Below, piece by piece: positions 1 through 21,606 of a DNA stretch of 64,000 nt; within the stretch, counting starts at the first letter, position 1, and the number at the start of each line of letters is the position of its first letter. Location: NCBI RefSeq assembly GCF_009914755.1, contig NC_060934.1. The stretch is one strand, 5' to 3'. The position numbers were made by a program, and so were the translations under genes. The stretch is from the human T2T-CHM13v2.0 reference genome, Homo sapiens. A model generated the notes under the pieces. That model was not told where the DNA came from, did not search any database, and was given only the letters and a program-made list of their open reading frames with translations.

Positions 1-2
1 CT

Positions 3-296
<294 letters not shown>

Positions 297-1054
297 TGAA
301 CTCCTGAGCTCAAGCAATCTTCTTGCCTGGGCCTCCCAAAGTGCTGGGATTATAGGCATGAACCACTGTACCCAGACCTTCAATGGTTCTGAAGCGGAAA
401 ACCCTTCTTTTTTTTTTTTTTTTTTTTTGAGACAGAGTCTTGCTCTGTCACCCAGGCTGGAGTGCAATGAATGGTGCAATCTCTGCTCACGGCAACCTCT
501 GCCTCCTGGGGCCAAGCAATTCTCCTGCCTCAGCCTCCCAAGTAGCTGGGACTACAGGTGCGCAACACCATACCTAATTTTTTGTATTTTTAGTAGAGAT
601 GGGGTTTCACCATGTTGGCCAGGCTGGTCTCGAACTCTTGACCTTGTGATCCACCCACGTAGGCCCCCCAAAGTGTCGGGATTACAGGCGTAAGCCACCA
701 TGCCCGGCTCTTTGTTTTGTTTTTTGTTTTTGAGACAGGGTTTCACTCCCTTCACCTAGTCTGGAGTGCAGTGGTGCAATCTCAGCTCACTATAGCCTCG
801 ACCTCCTGGGCTCAGGTTTCTCCCACCTCAGCCTCCAGAGTAGTTGGGACTACAGGCGTGTGTCCCACCATGCTTGGCTAATTTTTGTATTTTCAGTAGA
901 GATGGGATTTTGCCATGTTGGCCAGGCTGGTCTTGAACTCCCGGGATCAAGCAATCACTGCCTTACCCTCTTAGTGTTGGGATTACAGGTATGAGCCACC
1001 GCACCCGGCCTTGCTCTTTTTTTTTTTTTTTTTTTTTAAACAAAACAAAACAAA

Positions 1055-1805
<751 letters not shown>

Positions 1806-2639
1806 TGTCCCAAAACTCTTTATAGATCCTGTGTCCTGTCCCATGAAAGCCCACTGTACTTTTGGAGTCAATAGCAAATTGGATGAGCTAAATAAATCTT
1901 CACAAATAATGTGATAATGGGAGAGGCAATGTATGTACCCTTTTTTTTTGAGACGGAGTCTCACCGGCCCCCCCGCTGAAGTGCAGTGGCGTGATCTTGG
2001 CTCACTGCAACCTCTGCCTCCCAGGTTTAAGCAATTCTCTGCCTCAGCCTCCTGAGTAGCTGGGATTATAGGTGCCCACCACCACGTCCAGCTAATTTTT
2101 GTATTTTTTAGTAGAGACAGGGTTTCACCATCTTGGCCAGGCTGGTCTCGAACTCCTGACCTTGTGATCAGCCCACCTCGGCCTCCCAAAGTGTTGGGAT
2201 TACAGGCATAAGCCACCGCGCCTGGCCATATGTACCCTTAAAAGTGGACTTTGGAGACATCTCCTTTCCTAGGCTGGAGCTGTCTGGGCAGGGATTTCAG
2301 GCCTGACAAGATGGGCAAGAGAGATCATGTGGAAACAGGAGAGAAGTAAATTTTTATAAAATTACTCTGGAGGGAATAAATTGGACAGTCAAACTCAACA
2401 TGGACAGTCATTCTCAAAATGACCAAAGCTGATCTCTTAATGTCCTGATACATGTTTTTAAATAACTTTTTAAAAATTTGAACTTAAATTTTTTATTTTA
2501 TAAATAGAGATGGAGTCTTGCTGTATTATCCAGGCTGGTCTTGAAGAACTCCTGACCTCAAATGCTCCTCCTGCCTCAGCCTCCCAAAGCGCTAGGATTA
2601 TAGGCATGAGCCACTGCACCAGGCCTTACTTTTATTTCT

Positions 2640-2790
2640 TTTGAGAGGGAGTCTTGCCATGTTGCCCAGGCTGGAGTGCAGTGGCTATTCACAGATGCAA
2701 TCATAGTTCACTTCACTTTGGAACTCCAGGGTTCAAGCCATCCTCCCGCCTCAGCCTCCTGAGTAGCTGGGACTACCACAGCATCCAGCT
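2640..2790 (-). mobile_element. FAM (fossil Alu monomer, 7SL-like)
   Basis: Contains the 7SL/FAM-specific gagtgcagtggctattcacag. Confidence 0.65.
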
Positions 2791-3152
2791 TTCAAACTTT
2801 TTTTTTTTTTTTTGAGACAGAGTCTCACTCTGTCGCCCAGGGTGGAGTAGAGTGGTACGATTTTGGCTCACTGCAACCTGTCTCCCAGGTTCAAGTGATT
2901 CTCCTGCCTCAGGCTCCCGGGTAGCTGGACTAGAGGTGCCCGCCACTACACCAGGGTAATTTTTGTGTTTTTAGTAGAGATGTAGTTTCACCGTGTTGGC
3001 CAGGCTGGTCTTGAACTCCTGGCCTCAGGTAATGCGTCTGCCTCGGCCTCCCAAAGTGCTGGGATTACAGGCATGAGCCACAGTGCCTGGCCTGAAACTT
3101 TTTAATGACTACATAGTAGAATCACTGGATTTTATATAGTGTTTAGAATCCT

Positions 3153-4480
<1,328 letters not shown>

Positions 4481-4606
4481 TCAGGCATACAGAGACCATT
4501 GCAAATATAAGATAAAAAATAATTCCATCTTGACATTTTTTAGTTCCAATGTGACTTGACTACTCATGTGCCACTTTAAGTGAAGAATGATACTAATTCT
4601 TTTTAA

Positions 4607-4987
<381 letters not shown>

Positions 4988-5366
4988 TTATGCCATGGAA
5001 CACAAAACCATTCAGGTCAGAGGCCCACAGCTTCTCATTTAACTTTTAAGACATACTCCATTTTGTAGGAGCTTGGGGATATTCAGGAAGTAGCTGACCC
5101 TTTAGGGAAAAAATGGCTAAGTATTTGGCTGTAGTTTAAAATTTTTCTCCTTAAATTATCTTCCTCTTCTTTTGTTAATTGGACTGTTAATTGAACTAGC
5201 TTAAGTAAAATGATAAGAGAATTTCAGCTGGGCATAGTGGCTCATGCCTATAATCCCAGCACTTTGGGAGGCCGAGGCAGGCAGATTGCTTGAGCTCAGC
5301 AGTTTGAGACCAGCCTGGGCAACATGGCAAAACCCCATCCTACAAAAAGTGCAAAAAAATTAGCTA

Positions 5367-5570
<204 letters not shown>

Positions 5571-7643
5571 TTAAGACAGTTCTACCTAATAATTTCAGGC
5601 CATGAAACCTCATAGCTAGATTCTGCCTTGCAGCATCCTTGCGGCTGTAGCCCCTGCTAACAAGGCTTTATTGTTTCTGTGTATTTCCAATTCAAATTCT
5701 TAGGAGAAAGAATCACACTTAGGACTTCTGACACCAGGCCACGGTCCAGTAAGTCAGGGTATGGCCTTGTCCTCATCAGGTGTGTGGGCAAGAAGACACT
5801 GGGATCACCTCCTCACCCTCCAGTAGTTTTGTCTTCACGGGCAAGTTGCCTAAACTCACTAAGCTTTCGTTTCTCCTGGGGAAGTCATGGCTTAATAATA
5901 TTATCCCTTTTGGAGAACTAATTTTTGGATAAAATTAGTTCACATATGTAAAATTCCTTAGTACAGTTCTAGGCACAAACTGAGCTGAGAGTAAATGGAA
6001 ATTATCACCGACCTTATTACAATGGGAAAGATGCTGTACTATATGCTACAGATATTGAGCCCAAAGTCATGGTTCTCCAGTATGGGGACACAGGAAGGCC
6101 ACCCTTGATCCAGCAAGATGAGAGTGCCACGATAGAACCCAGAAGAGAAGCTTTACCCCTCTTGAGAGTATACATGCATAGGAGTTCACTGTGTTTGTCC
6201 TATGGGCTGTATCCATCCATCCACCTCAGAATCAGAATTCAGATGTGAGATGGTAGTCTCAGGTTCACGTGATTATTTGCATTGAAAGTGAAGTCAGACT
6301 TATTTGTCATAGGGAAGCCTTACTTGGCAGTTGTCTGAGTACATTTCTTACTACCTGTGTGACTGGGAAACACTTCTTAATCCAACTAGCTGCAAGTCCC
6401 TCATCTGTAAAAACAAAACAAAACAACCAGGGATAATAATATTAATAGTAAACACAGAGTTGGCAGGCATGGTGGCTCATGCCTATAATCCCAACACTTT
6501 AGGAGGCCAAGGTGGGCAGATTGCTTGAGCCCAGGAGTTCAAGACCTGCCTGGGCAACATGGTGAAACCTCCTCTCTACCAAAAATACAAATATTAGCTG
6601 GGTGTGGTGGCATGCACCTGTGGTCCCAGGTACTCCGGAGGCTGAGGTGGGAGGACACTTGAGCCCGGAGGACCAGGCTGCAGTGAGCCTCGCCACTGCA
6701 CTCCAGTATGGGTGGCACAGCATGGGTGACAGTCTCAAAAAAAAAAAGACAGTCTTGAAATTAATGGCCCCAGCATATAGTGTTCAATAAATGTTAGCTA
6801 TTGTTATTATCTATCATTTATTGCGTGCTTACTGGGGGCAGGGTATAAATTATCTCCATGTTTATAGTTTTTATTGAGGACTGATGAGCTGAGGGAGTGG
6901 GAAGTCTGGAATGACTCCTAGATTTTGCCAAGCACCTCTGCTCCCTCACAGTACTGTGTTCTGGTACCAAGCATAATGCCCTTCCTCTTCTTCTTCTTTT
7001 TCTTTTTTTCCCGAGAGGGAGTCTTGCTCTGTCACCCAGGCTGGAGTGCGGTGGCACCATCTCAGCACACTGCAACCTCCGCCTCCGCGTTTAAGCAATT
7101 CTTCTGCCTCAGCCTCCCTGAGTAGCTGGGATTACAGGCGCGTGCCACCACATCCGGCTAATTTTTGTATTTTTAGTAGAGATGGAGTTTTACCTTGTAG
7201 GTCAGGCCGGTCTCGATCTCCTGACCTCGTGATCCGCCCACCTCGGCCTCCCAAAGTGCTGGGATTACAGGCATGAGCCACCGCGCCTGGCCCCTTCCTC
7301 TTCTTTTAACATGTTGTATTTTCAAATGGGTTTTTTTCTCAAGGAGCCCTCCCGCTGGGCCTCAGTCTGGGTCCTCAGTCTGAATCGGCCTTCACTGCTT
7401 TGAGGCACAGGTCACATTCTACCGCCACGCATCACAAGCTCTCCCTTTGCCTCTGGGGCAGGACGGTGTCCGTCTTTTCAGAATGTCCACATCTAACCCA
7501 GGGCAGAATCCTACGATATCACCACAGCGCCACACCAATCAGGGTGGCACCTCTCCACTCTGCTTTCCTCAGCACTCAAGAGTATGGGATATCCCCGGGG
7601 TAGGACCAGATCCTACAACTTCAGAAAGTCATGGATGAGGCCG

Positions 7644-7943
<300 letters not shown>

Positions 7944-8046
7944 TCATGGATGAAAGGGTCCTTAGTTTATTATCCTGTGAAATAGTAGCTGGGACATTTC
8001 TGAGGCCCAGAGAAGGGAAATAACTTGAATGAACAGGTTGGGAGCA

Positions 8047-8198
8047 GGCCAGGCGATGTGGCGGGCACCTGTAGTCCCAACTCGGGAGGCTGAGATCAGA
8101 GGATCGCTTGAGCCCAGAACTCAGTGAATAGCCACTGCACTCCAGCCTGGGCAACACAGCGAGACCTCGACTCAAAAAACAAAAATAGAAACAAACAA
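8047..8198 (+). mobile_element. FAM-like Alu monomer
   Basis: gtgaatagccactgcactccagcctgggcaacacagcgagacc followed by an A-rich tail. Confidence 0.6.
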
Positions 8199-8259
8199 CT
8201 AGCTTAGGCGCAGAACTGAGACTCAAACCTAGGTTTCCTGCTCAACCCCCACACCTCCC

Positions 8260-9330
8260 AGGCCCCCGCTGACACCCTCAGGCTGTTCCTCGTGGTTGCT
8301 AACTTGGAACGGCCCCAAAGCCAGGTCGAAGGCGAGTCTCCCCGCCCTGGGGACTCCTGGCGCTGCAGTTCGCACGGCGGATGGACGCAGTCAGGTTCTC
8401 CAGGGAGCTGCGAGGAGCCCCAGGACTTGGAAAAACCCCAGAGCGCGCCCCTGGGGGAAGGGGAGCTCGGGACCTCGAGGCGGCTGGAAGTCGAGGGCAT
8501 CGCCAGGGGGCCGAGTTGGGCCCGGGTGTGGAGAACGAAGCCGAACGCTGGGCTCTGGATTCTCCTCCAGAGCGCTCCGCCGGCCTAAGCACGGCCGCCC
8601 CACCCCCGGCCCGCCAGGCGCAGTCGGCCCCGCCCCCTGGAGCTCCGTTCCCCCGGCAGCCAGCGCCGCGGACCCGCGCGCAGTCGGCCGATCCTCCCGC
8701 CGAGCGAGCGGCGTCGTAGCCGCCGCGCTCGCCGAGGCCCTGCGTTGCGGGCTCCCGGCCGCCGGCGAAAGCATGGCCCGGCCCGTGCAGCTGGCGCCGG
8801 GCTCGCTGGCGCTAGTGCTGTGCCGGCTGGAGGCGCAGAAGGCGGCGGGGGCCGCGGAGGAGCCTGGTGGGCGCGCGGTGTTCCGCGCTTTCCGTCGCGC
8901 CAACGCGCGCTGCTTCTGGAACGCGCGGCTGGCGCGCGCCGCCTCGCGGCTGGCCTTCCAGGGCTGGCTGCGGCGGGGGGTGCTGCTGGTGCGCGCGCCC
9001 CCCGCCTGCCTGCAGGTGCTGCGCGATGCCTGGCGGCGCCGGGCCCTGCGGCCGCCGCGCGGCTTCCGCATCAGGGCGGTGGGTGAGTGCGGGACCCGGA
9101 GGGGAGGGGCGTCCCGCGCCAGCTGTGAGCGCGGAGCTCCGCGCTGCAGGGGCGAGCGCGGCCCCGTCTTCTGCCACAGAGGCTAGGCGCTGCTCTGAGG
9201 GCCCGGGGGCTGCGGTTGGGCGGCCGGTCCGGGGGGCCAAGACGCCCCGGAGACGTTCCCTCCCGCTAGGACACTGCAGCTATAGTCCCCAAGGTGTGCC
9301 TGGCCGCTGCTAGTACTGGCTCCGGGCTGA
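8260..9330 (+). promoter_or_regulatory. STOX1: CpG island / GC-box promoter of STOX1 spanning exon 1
   Basis: Very high GC and CpG density, unlike the CpG-depleted flanks; Sp1-type CCCGCCC boxes near 8341 and 8628; no obvious TATA box; surrounds the first coding exon. Boundaries approximate. Confidence 0.9.
8773..9082 (+). CDS. STOX1: Storkhead-box protein 1, coding exon 1 (codons 1-104, phase-1 end)
   Basis: ATG at 8773 in strong Kozak context (gaaagcATGg). Translates [40 protein letters not shown]...[11 protein letters not shown], recognised as the STOX1 N-terminus. Canonical donor G|GTGAGT at 9083. 310 nt. Confidence 0.97.
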
Positions 9331-9699
9331 GTCCGTTCCTCAACTCTTAAAGCCCGTGGAGTGCACAGAAGGAACTTTCTGCTTAGAAAAGTGATGCTCT
9401 GGATAGAGAGGCTTTGGGCTAGGGGCCACTGTCTAGGCTCCACCGGGGCGGTTAGGAAGGGTACCCCAGGGGAATGGCCAGAGTTTACCATATCTGGCAG
9501 CTTTATTATTATTATTTTTTGAACTACAGATCTGCAGCGAACGGCATTCTGGTTTTCATGTTCTGCAGTGTGGTGGTCTTGGGTCGGGACCTAGCAGCTT
9601 TGGGGTCGTTAACTTCTTGGGGAAAACAAGTAGCGTCTCATCCCTTTAGCTGAATAGACAGGATTCCACCTTCCCAGTCTTTTCAAACTTAACTGTTTG

Positions 9700-9776
9700 T
9701 TAGACAACAGCAGCTTTTTGCCTTTTTTCATAAAATAGCTTCTCATTTGAGAAACTAAACCACCGCACCCGTGAGT
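9700..9776 (+). other. STOX1: Candidate alternative non-coding first exon ending at a consensus splice donor
   Basis: CCC|GTGAGT at 9771, about 450 bp past the CpG island. The 5' boundary is not determinable from sequence. Confidence 0.4.
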
Positions 9777-10142
9777 GGTCTCTGACTCTGGGCACTAAAC
9801 CCAGGCAGGTGTGTCAGCTCCCTGTAACAACCTTGTTCTTGTCTGCATTTATGTGAGGCTGCAAGGGCCATTTGATGGTGTGTTGACAAGTCACCAGTTG
9901 TTCCGCGCTTAATTTTCATTCTTACCAAGGAACCCCTCTGTATTAGTCCATAAATCATCCTCTTCCATCCGAGGAGAAGGAGTCGCAAATAAAAAACATT
10001 TGTTTGGCCAGGCGCGGTGGCGCTCGCCTGTAATCCCAGCACTTTGAGAGGCCGAGGCAAGTGGATCACCTGAGTTCAGGAGTTAGAGACCAGCCTGGCT
10101 AACATGCTGAAACCCCTCAGGAGTTCAAGACCAGTCTGGCTA

Positions 10143-10368
<226 letters not shown>

Positions 10369-11158
10369 TTATTTAATTTCCAGGGATTTGAAAACAGGGC
10401 AGCAAGAAGCAAGCACCTGACCCACCGATAACTGTATCATCCATTCAGAGATGGTATTACCACATCCCAGCAGCCAGTGCTTTAAACCTTCACTTCTCAC
10501 CTCCATGCTGTCTGTTCCCTCTCCTCCCCACCCTGCCCCCGTTTTTCTTAAGCTCAAAAAAGAGCTCTTTGCAAAACCACATATACACATTTCCTCTCCT
10601 TTTACTTGCAGGAGTGAAGAAAATAGGTTTCTGGCTCTGAGAGCAGTGAGCCAAGTAGCCAAGCCAAAATCCTCACGAGCGAAGAGGTCTTTCAGACAGG
10701 CTCGATGAAAAACTCTTTTCAGTTCTGCATCCTCAGTTTTTCTGGTTTGAATTAGTGGTTACATTCTCAGGTCCCCCCTTTCAAAGGGTGAGCACAGAGT
10801 ATATTGCAGAGAGGGAGTGGGATGCAGGGTGGGGGGTCTAGACCTGGGGGCGAAATAAGAGAGGGCTTGTGCTAAGTCACGGGCTGCCACTAATGCCCCA
10901 GTGAGCAGTGGTAAATGCTGGTGTCTGTGTTGGTGCTGTTTGCTGCCATCTGAAATATGTATCACACGTCACCTGTTGCTCCCATTCTCTTCTGCCCAGT
11001 GGGTAATGCTGCCTCATAGCACAACTCAGGATGCAGTGGACACTATGACCCCATCTGTGGGGTGTGCAACGCAGTGGACTTCCGCCGGCTCATCACCCTT
11101 GACTTGGGTCTCCTGGCAGGAATGATTTTGAGGTTTTCAAATTTTGTTTTTAATTTAA

Positions 11159-11450
<292 letters not shown>

Positions 11451-12019
11451 TGACGATTTTTGTTCTTTATAATATTTTTATTCCTTTTTTTAAGCCTTGA
11501 CCATGGCAAGGACAGATTTTGAAGCTTTTAACGAGTCCTGATACAAATTTGAACATTTAGCTGGGATTTGGACAAAGCCACCCATTAGGACATTTTGAGG
11601 AGCAAAATGGAGAAAGATCTTATTTGATGCTGAGTGATGGATACACATGGGGGACAAAGGGATGCTTTTGCTTTGAATAGCGTTGCTAATTGCTGATTTC
11701 TGGTCTAACTTGGGGTCCCTAGGTTCATATCAAAAGAGAAGAGGCAGCTCTTGGGCTACCTTAGAGTCCTGGAGGGTGGCGAAGGCAGGAGAAGCTGCTT
11801 TCCCCAAAAGGAATTGAAAGTTTGTGTCGGCTTGCTCTCTTGCCTCTTGCAGCACTGACTTCCAGGAGGGCGGGGAAAGAGCTGCTGTGGACTATTGCAG
11901 GTTGTTGCTCCATTCTCACTGTTATTTTGTAGGAAAGAGCAAAATGCTAGAAAAGGACAAAAAGAGTCAATCTGATCTCTTTGCCATAGATATTTATTTA
12001 TTTATTTATTTATTTTTGA

Positions 12020-12127
<108 letters not shown>

Positions 12128-13176
12128 TAGCTGGGATGACAGGTGCCCGCCACCATGCCCAGCTAATTTTTGTATTTTTAGTAGAGATGGGGTTTCACCA
12201 TGTTGGGCATGCTAGTTTCGAACTCCTGACTCAGGTGATCCGCCCGCCTCGGCCTCCCATTTGCTGGGATTACAGGCATGAGCCACTGCGCCTGGCTAGA
12301 TGTTTTTTTAAAGGCTAATTTACTGCTGCATAAAAGCATTAGGGTATAGGAAGTATTGCTGGCCAGCTCAGGCAGAAAATGCAGGGAGAGAGGGATGGCG
12401 GTCAGCTTTATAAGTCCAACTGTGCTGCCTTGGGTCTTATAAGACCTGGGACTTACAAGGTAAGAGGAGGGAGCACCCTAGCCAAGCCGACTGGAGTGAC
12501 TGGAGCCCCAGTTGTAGACCTGAACTTAAGTCATGCAGAGGTTTATGTTTTCTCCAAGTTTTCTGCCTTAGTTCTCTCTGATTTCATTCTCTCTACCTTA
12601 CCTTTCCTCTGGTAAGGAAAGTAGTTCCCAGGCAGAGAGTATTTCTCTAAAAAGAGAGACATTGGATCTTTAGCTTGATTAACAAGGGGCTAACTCTGTT
12701 TTTGTGCTCCAGTCCTCAAATGTTGTATTTTCTTTTCTTTTCTTTTTTTTTTTTTTTAAGTGGAGACAGGGCCTTGCTCTGATTCCCAGGCTGGTCTCTA
12801 ACTGCTGGGTCCAAGGGATCCTCCCCCCTCGGCCTCCCAAAGTGCTGTGATTACCAGTGTGAGCCACCGCACCTGGCTCAAATGTTTTGTTTTCTGTTTT
12901 TCATTAGCCAGTGGCTTTCACAAATGAAAGAGTGAGTTCTGGAAGCTGGAGGGAGACTGCTGCCTAACCAGCTGAGCCACTGGGGAAGGAGGTACTGCAG
13001 GGAGGTGGGGCACCTGTATTTGTTTGGAAGAATCTGTTGCTACTCTGAGAATACACCTAACGGGACAGGAAAGATTAACGGTGGGGGTGGGCGGCCACTT
13101 GGCCAAACAAGTTTGTTCCCTTCTGAAATTTATAGCTGGGGTGTCTCCACCCTGTCACCCCCAGCAGGGCCTTTCA

Positions 13177-13534
<358 letters not shown>

Positions 13535-13569
13535 TCATGAATTCATTCATGAGCCAGGTACTGTTCTAG

Positions 13570-13740
<171 letters not shown>

Positions 13741-13751
13741 TAGCTAATTAA

Positions 13752-14652
<901 letters not shown>

Positions 14653-15368
14653 CTGGCGTGAGCCATTGCACCCGGCCCGCTTCTGTGTTTTAATGCATCT
14701 TTCATTCAGATTTGCCTCTGCTCAAGGGAAATAGAGTCAGGCTTATTTTCCACATCTAGTTCAAGAGGGGATAGCTGAGTGGGAGGCCATGTTCTGGAAA
14801 CTGGCTGGTTCACACAATCTTCTCCATCCCACAGTGACTCTGGGTACTGCAGTTTCTGCCTTTAATTAGGCAGGAGTTCTTGGTGCTTTGGGAGGTACTG
14901 AAGATCAGGCACATCAGGTTGGCGAAAGGGAAGTGATGGGAGGATCTTCCACATCTCCTCGTGCTCCTCCTACCTGATCCCCCAAATCCCTCTGAGCATG
15001 GCCTTCCAATCACAGAGAAATATTCAGGCAAAATTGCAAGTACTCTAGGAGTGTAGAGTGTAGTATCTGCACTAACGCTAGATGTTGACTGGTTTCAGAA
15101 TCTATCCTGGGATCTGGTTTGGGAGAGGAAGAACAGTGCTAGGGTACTCGGTGCCTGATGCTGCAAGAATTGGGCAAGTCTCTGGACCACTGTTCTTATT
15201 TGTTCTGTGACTTAGGGAATGGTGTGGGGGAGTGTGTACAAATGGTAAGGAAAGGGAGTGGTCTGATTCCTATTCTGTTTTATTTCTGAAGTCCTACCTT
15301 GAATGACAGTAGGACATCTTACAGCACTTCGTAGCTAATGGAATTTTGTAGGTGAAATTTATATTTAG

Positions 15369-15773
<405 letters not shown>

Positions 15774-16677
15774 TGAGGTTATCCATCTGCGTTGGCCTCC
15801 CAAAGTGCTGGGCTTATAGGCGTGAGCCACCATGCACGGCCAGGCTTTATTATTACTATTGTTTATTGATTTATTTTGAGATGGAGCCTTGCTCTTTTGC
15901 TCAGGCTGTAGTGCAGTGGCATAATCTCGGCTCACTGTAGCCTCCACCTCCTGGGTTTAAGCAATTCTCCTGCCTCAGCCTCCTGAGTAGCTGGGATTAC
16001 AGGCGCCTGCCACCATGCGCGGCTAATTTTTGTATTTTTAATAGAGACGGGGTTTCACCATGTTGGCCAGGCTGGTCTCAAACTCCTGACCTCAAGTGAT
16101 CTGCCCGCCTCGGCCTCCCAAAGTGCTGGGATTACAGGCATGAGCCACCGCACCCGGCTGGCTTTATTATTATTTTTTAGATAGAGGGTTTCACTCTGTC
16201 ATCCAGGCTAGCTCACTGAAGCCTTGAACTCCTGGGCTAAAGTGATCCTCCCTTGTCAGTCTCCTGAGCAGCTGGGACTACAGGCACCCATCACCACATC
16301 TGGCTAATTTATTTTTATTTTTTGTAGAGATGGAGTCTCCCTGTGTTGTCCAGGCTGGTGTTGAACTCTTGGGCTCTCACTTCTCTGGGCCTCTAGTTCT
16401 TTAGGTATGAACGTCTTCCTGCCTCTGCTTCCCAAAGTGCTGGGATAACAGGCATGAGCCACCGTGCCTGGCCTGTTTTTAAACACATTAAGTTACTTAC
16501 CTTCTCATCGTATTATGCATTGGGCCTTTTCGATATCCTTCCGCTTATGCGCATTCCTACTGAAAAACACCAGTGCAAAATTATTTTCAGTTACAGGCAG
16601 CAAAAGTGAGACTTGAGGAGTCACTGAAAACTGTAGTTTAAAGTTTCCAGATGACCCAGAACCACTGTGGTTAGTGA

Positions 16678-16869
<192 letters not shown>

Positions 16870-17839
16870 TAGTAGAGACGGGGTTTCACTGTGTTAGCAG
16901 GATGGTCTCAGTCTCCTGACCTTGTGATCCACCTGCCTCGGCCTCCCAGAGTGCTGGGATTATGGGCGCGAGCCACCACGCCCCGCCCTTGAGTTCAATT
17001 TTTTGTGCTGCTATTTATTAGCTGTATGTCCTTGAGCTAGTTACTTAACCTCTCTCAGCTCCATTGTCTACATGGGTACAAATGAGGACACAGTAGCCCC
17101 TTTTCAGGTTGTTTTGAAGATAAGGTACCTGAGAGCCTTCAGCCTGTGCCTGGTTCAGAGTCAGCATCAGGAAAATAACAAATACAAGGCAATTTCCAGC
17201 ATGGAGGAAGAAGAGAATGGGTCTGGATTCTTGTTCACTAGACAAACCTGTCTCTGTTAAGACTTGTGCTAATCATTGCTTGCCTGACATATACTTATGT
17301 TCAAGACCTCCGTCTGTCCTTCTGTCTCGTCCTTCTGTCCTGTCCTTTGTGCTTAGTGCTGGTCACGTCCACAGCCGTGTGTTGTCCTGTGCCTCAGCCC
17401 AGGTCCCAAGGGCTGCCTGGTGTCGGAGAAGGAGCCTGTACTGGGATTCTGATGCCTGAGTTTGCAACCAACCCTGCTGCTAAGTAGCTGGGAGCCCCCC
17501 AGCCTATCCTCTCACTTCTCTGGGCCTCTAGTTCTTTAGGTGTGAACGGCTTCCTGCTCACTTTGACTCTGTTGACTGGCTAAGCCTTCCCACCTAGCTT
17601 GGCCCTGGCCTCACCTGGGTCAGCCTCCCAGTCATCTGTGTCAGGAGGCCTCGGGAAGAACAGACAGAAGCTCACATCAAAGTTGCTTAAGATATTTTCC
17701 ACAAACAGGGGAAGTATACCTTCCTCTTAGTACTGCCCAGACATCTTGGTTCTCTAATACCATTCCCCCTTCACCAAGCAACTGAAGCTACACAGTTGTT
17801 GAAGCACCCACACCATGCTGGGCTGCCCTTGCGCTTGCA

Positions 17840-18300
17840 GTCGTTTGTTAGGTATGCATTGAGCATTTACCCTCTGCCCAGCCTGACTGGTTGGTCCATA
17901 CAGAGGGGCAAAAGGCTCATGCCCTGTCCTCAAGGAGCTCATAGTCTAGGGAGCAGATGGATGAATAAGTGATACACAGTTATAGGGAGCAATAAAAGGA
18001 TAGCTGATCAAGAATCCCATGCATATGTGTATGTGTATTCAAGGAAGACTTCCTGGAGGAAGTGATGCCTAAACTAAGATACACAGAATAAGTAGATGTT
18101 AGCGTAGTGAGAAGCACATTTTAAGTTGAGAGTGGGGCATGTGTCCCGGTTGTATGACCCACATGTGGAACCACAAGCTTCTGGGTGCAGCTGGAGTATG
18201 GAGCGGGAGGTGGGCGTTGGCACAAAGGGCCTGCAGAGGGGCTGACGTGGAATGGGCCCTGAGTACTCTACTCATGCATCTGAGCCTGAGGTCACTGAAG
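17840..18300. mobile_element. L2 fragment
   Basis: ccctgtcctcaaggagctcatagtctag ... ggaagacttcctggaggaagtgatg are L2 3' hallmark motifs. Confidence 0.55.
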
Positions 18301-18722
18301 AGTATTATGCAATAAAGTGCATGTATGTGATTATATTTATAATCCTGTTTACATGATATACATGGCAGATACTTCTCAGCCTGAAGTATGCATTATCTTT
18401 CATCAATGGTTGTCTGGAATGGTGGCGCCTTGGAAGGGTGATGTAAGCCCCCATGGGCCTACGGGAGTGCCCATGGTGCTTGTTCAGTGGCAGATCTGAC
18501 ATCTGAGAAAGACCTCAGGAGCCATGCAGGACACCTAGGATCTAATCCCTTGTCACTAAGCAGCTGAGTGACCAGCTTCTCATCCAGTCCTCTTGGGGCC
18601 TTGGTTGCCTCATGTGTTGGTAGGTATTCTGCCTGCCCTTTTTACTGCACAGATTTGGCATCGGACTCCAATAAGATACCATCTATGCAAACACTTTGAA
18701 AAGTGCACAGTACAAACACCAG

Positions 18723-21606
<2,884 letters not shown>

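Noticed and set aside
8296-9186. 296-aa ORF suggesting an N-terminally extended STOX1 or an unspliced product
   Set aside because: Starts at TTG, probably upstream of the TSS. Long stop-free frames on all strands are expected in a GC-rich CpG island. The real ATG (8773) has strong Kozak context and a canonical donor at 9083. An in-frame CTG at 8740 exists but has no supporting evidence.
8391-9240. Antisense and alternative-frame ORFs over exon 1
   Set aside because: Low-complexity Ala/Arg/Pro/Gly translations typical of CpG islands; no recognisable domain
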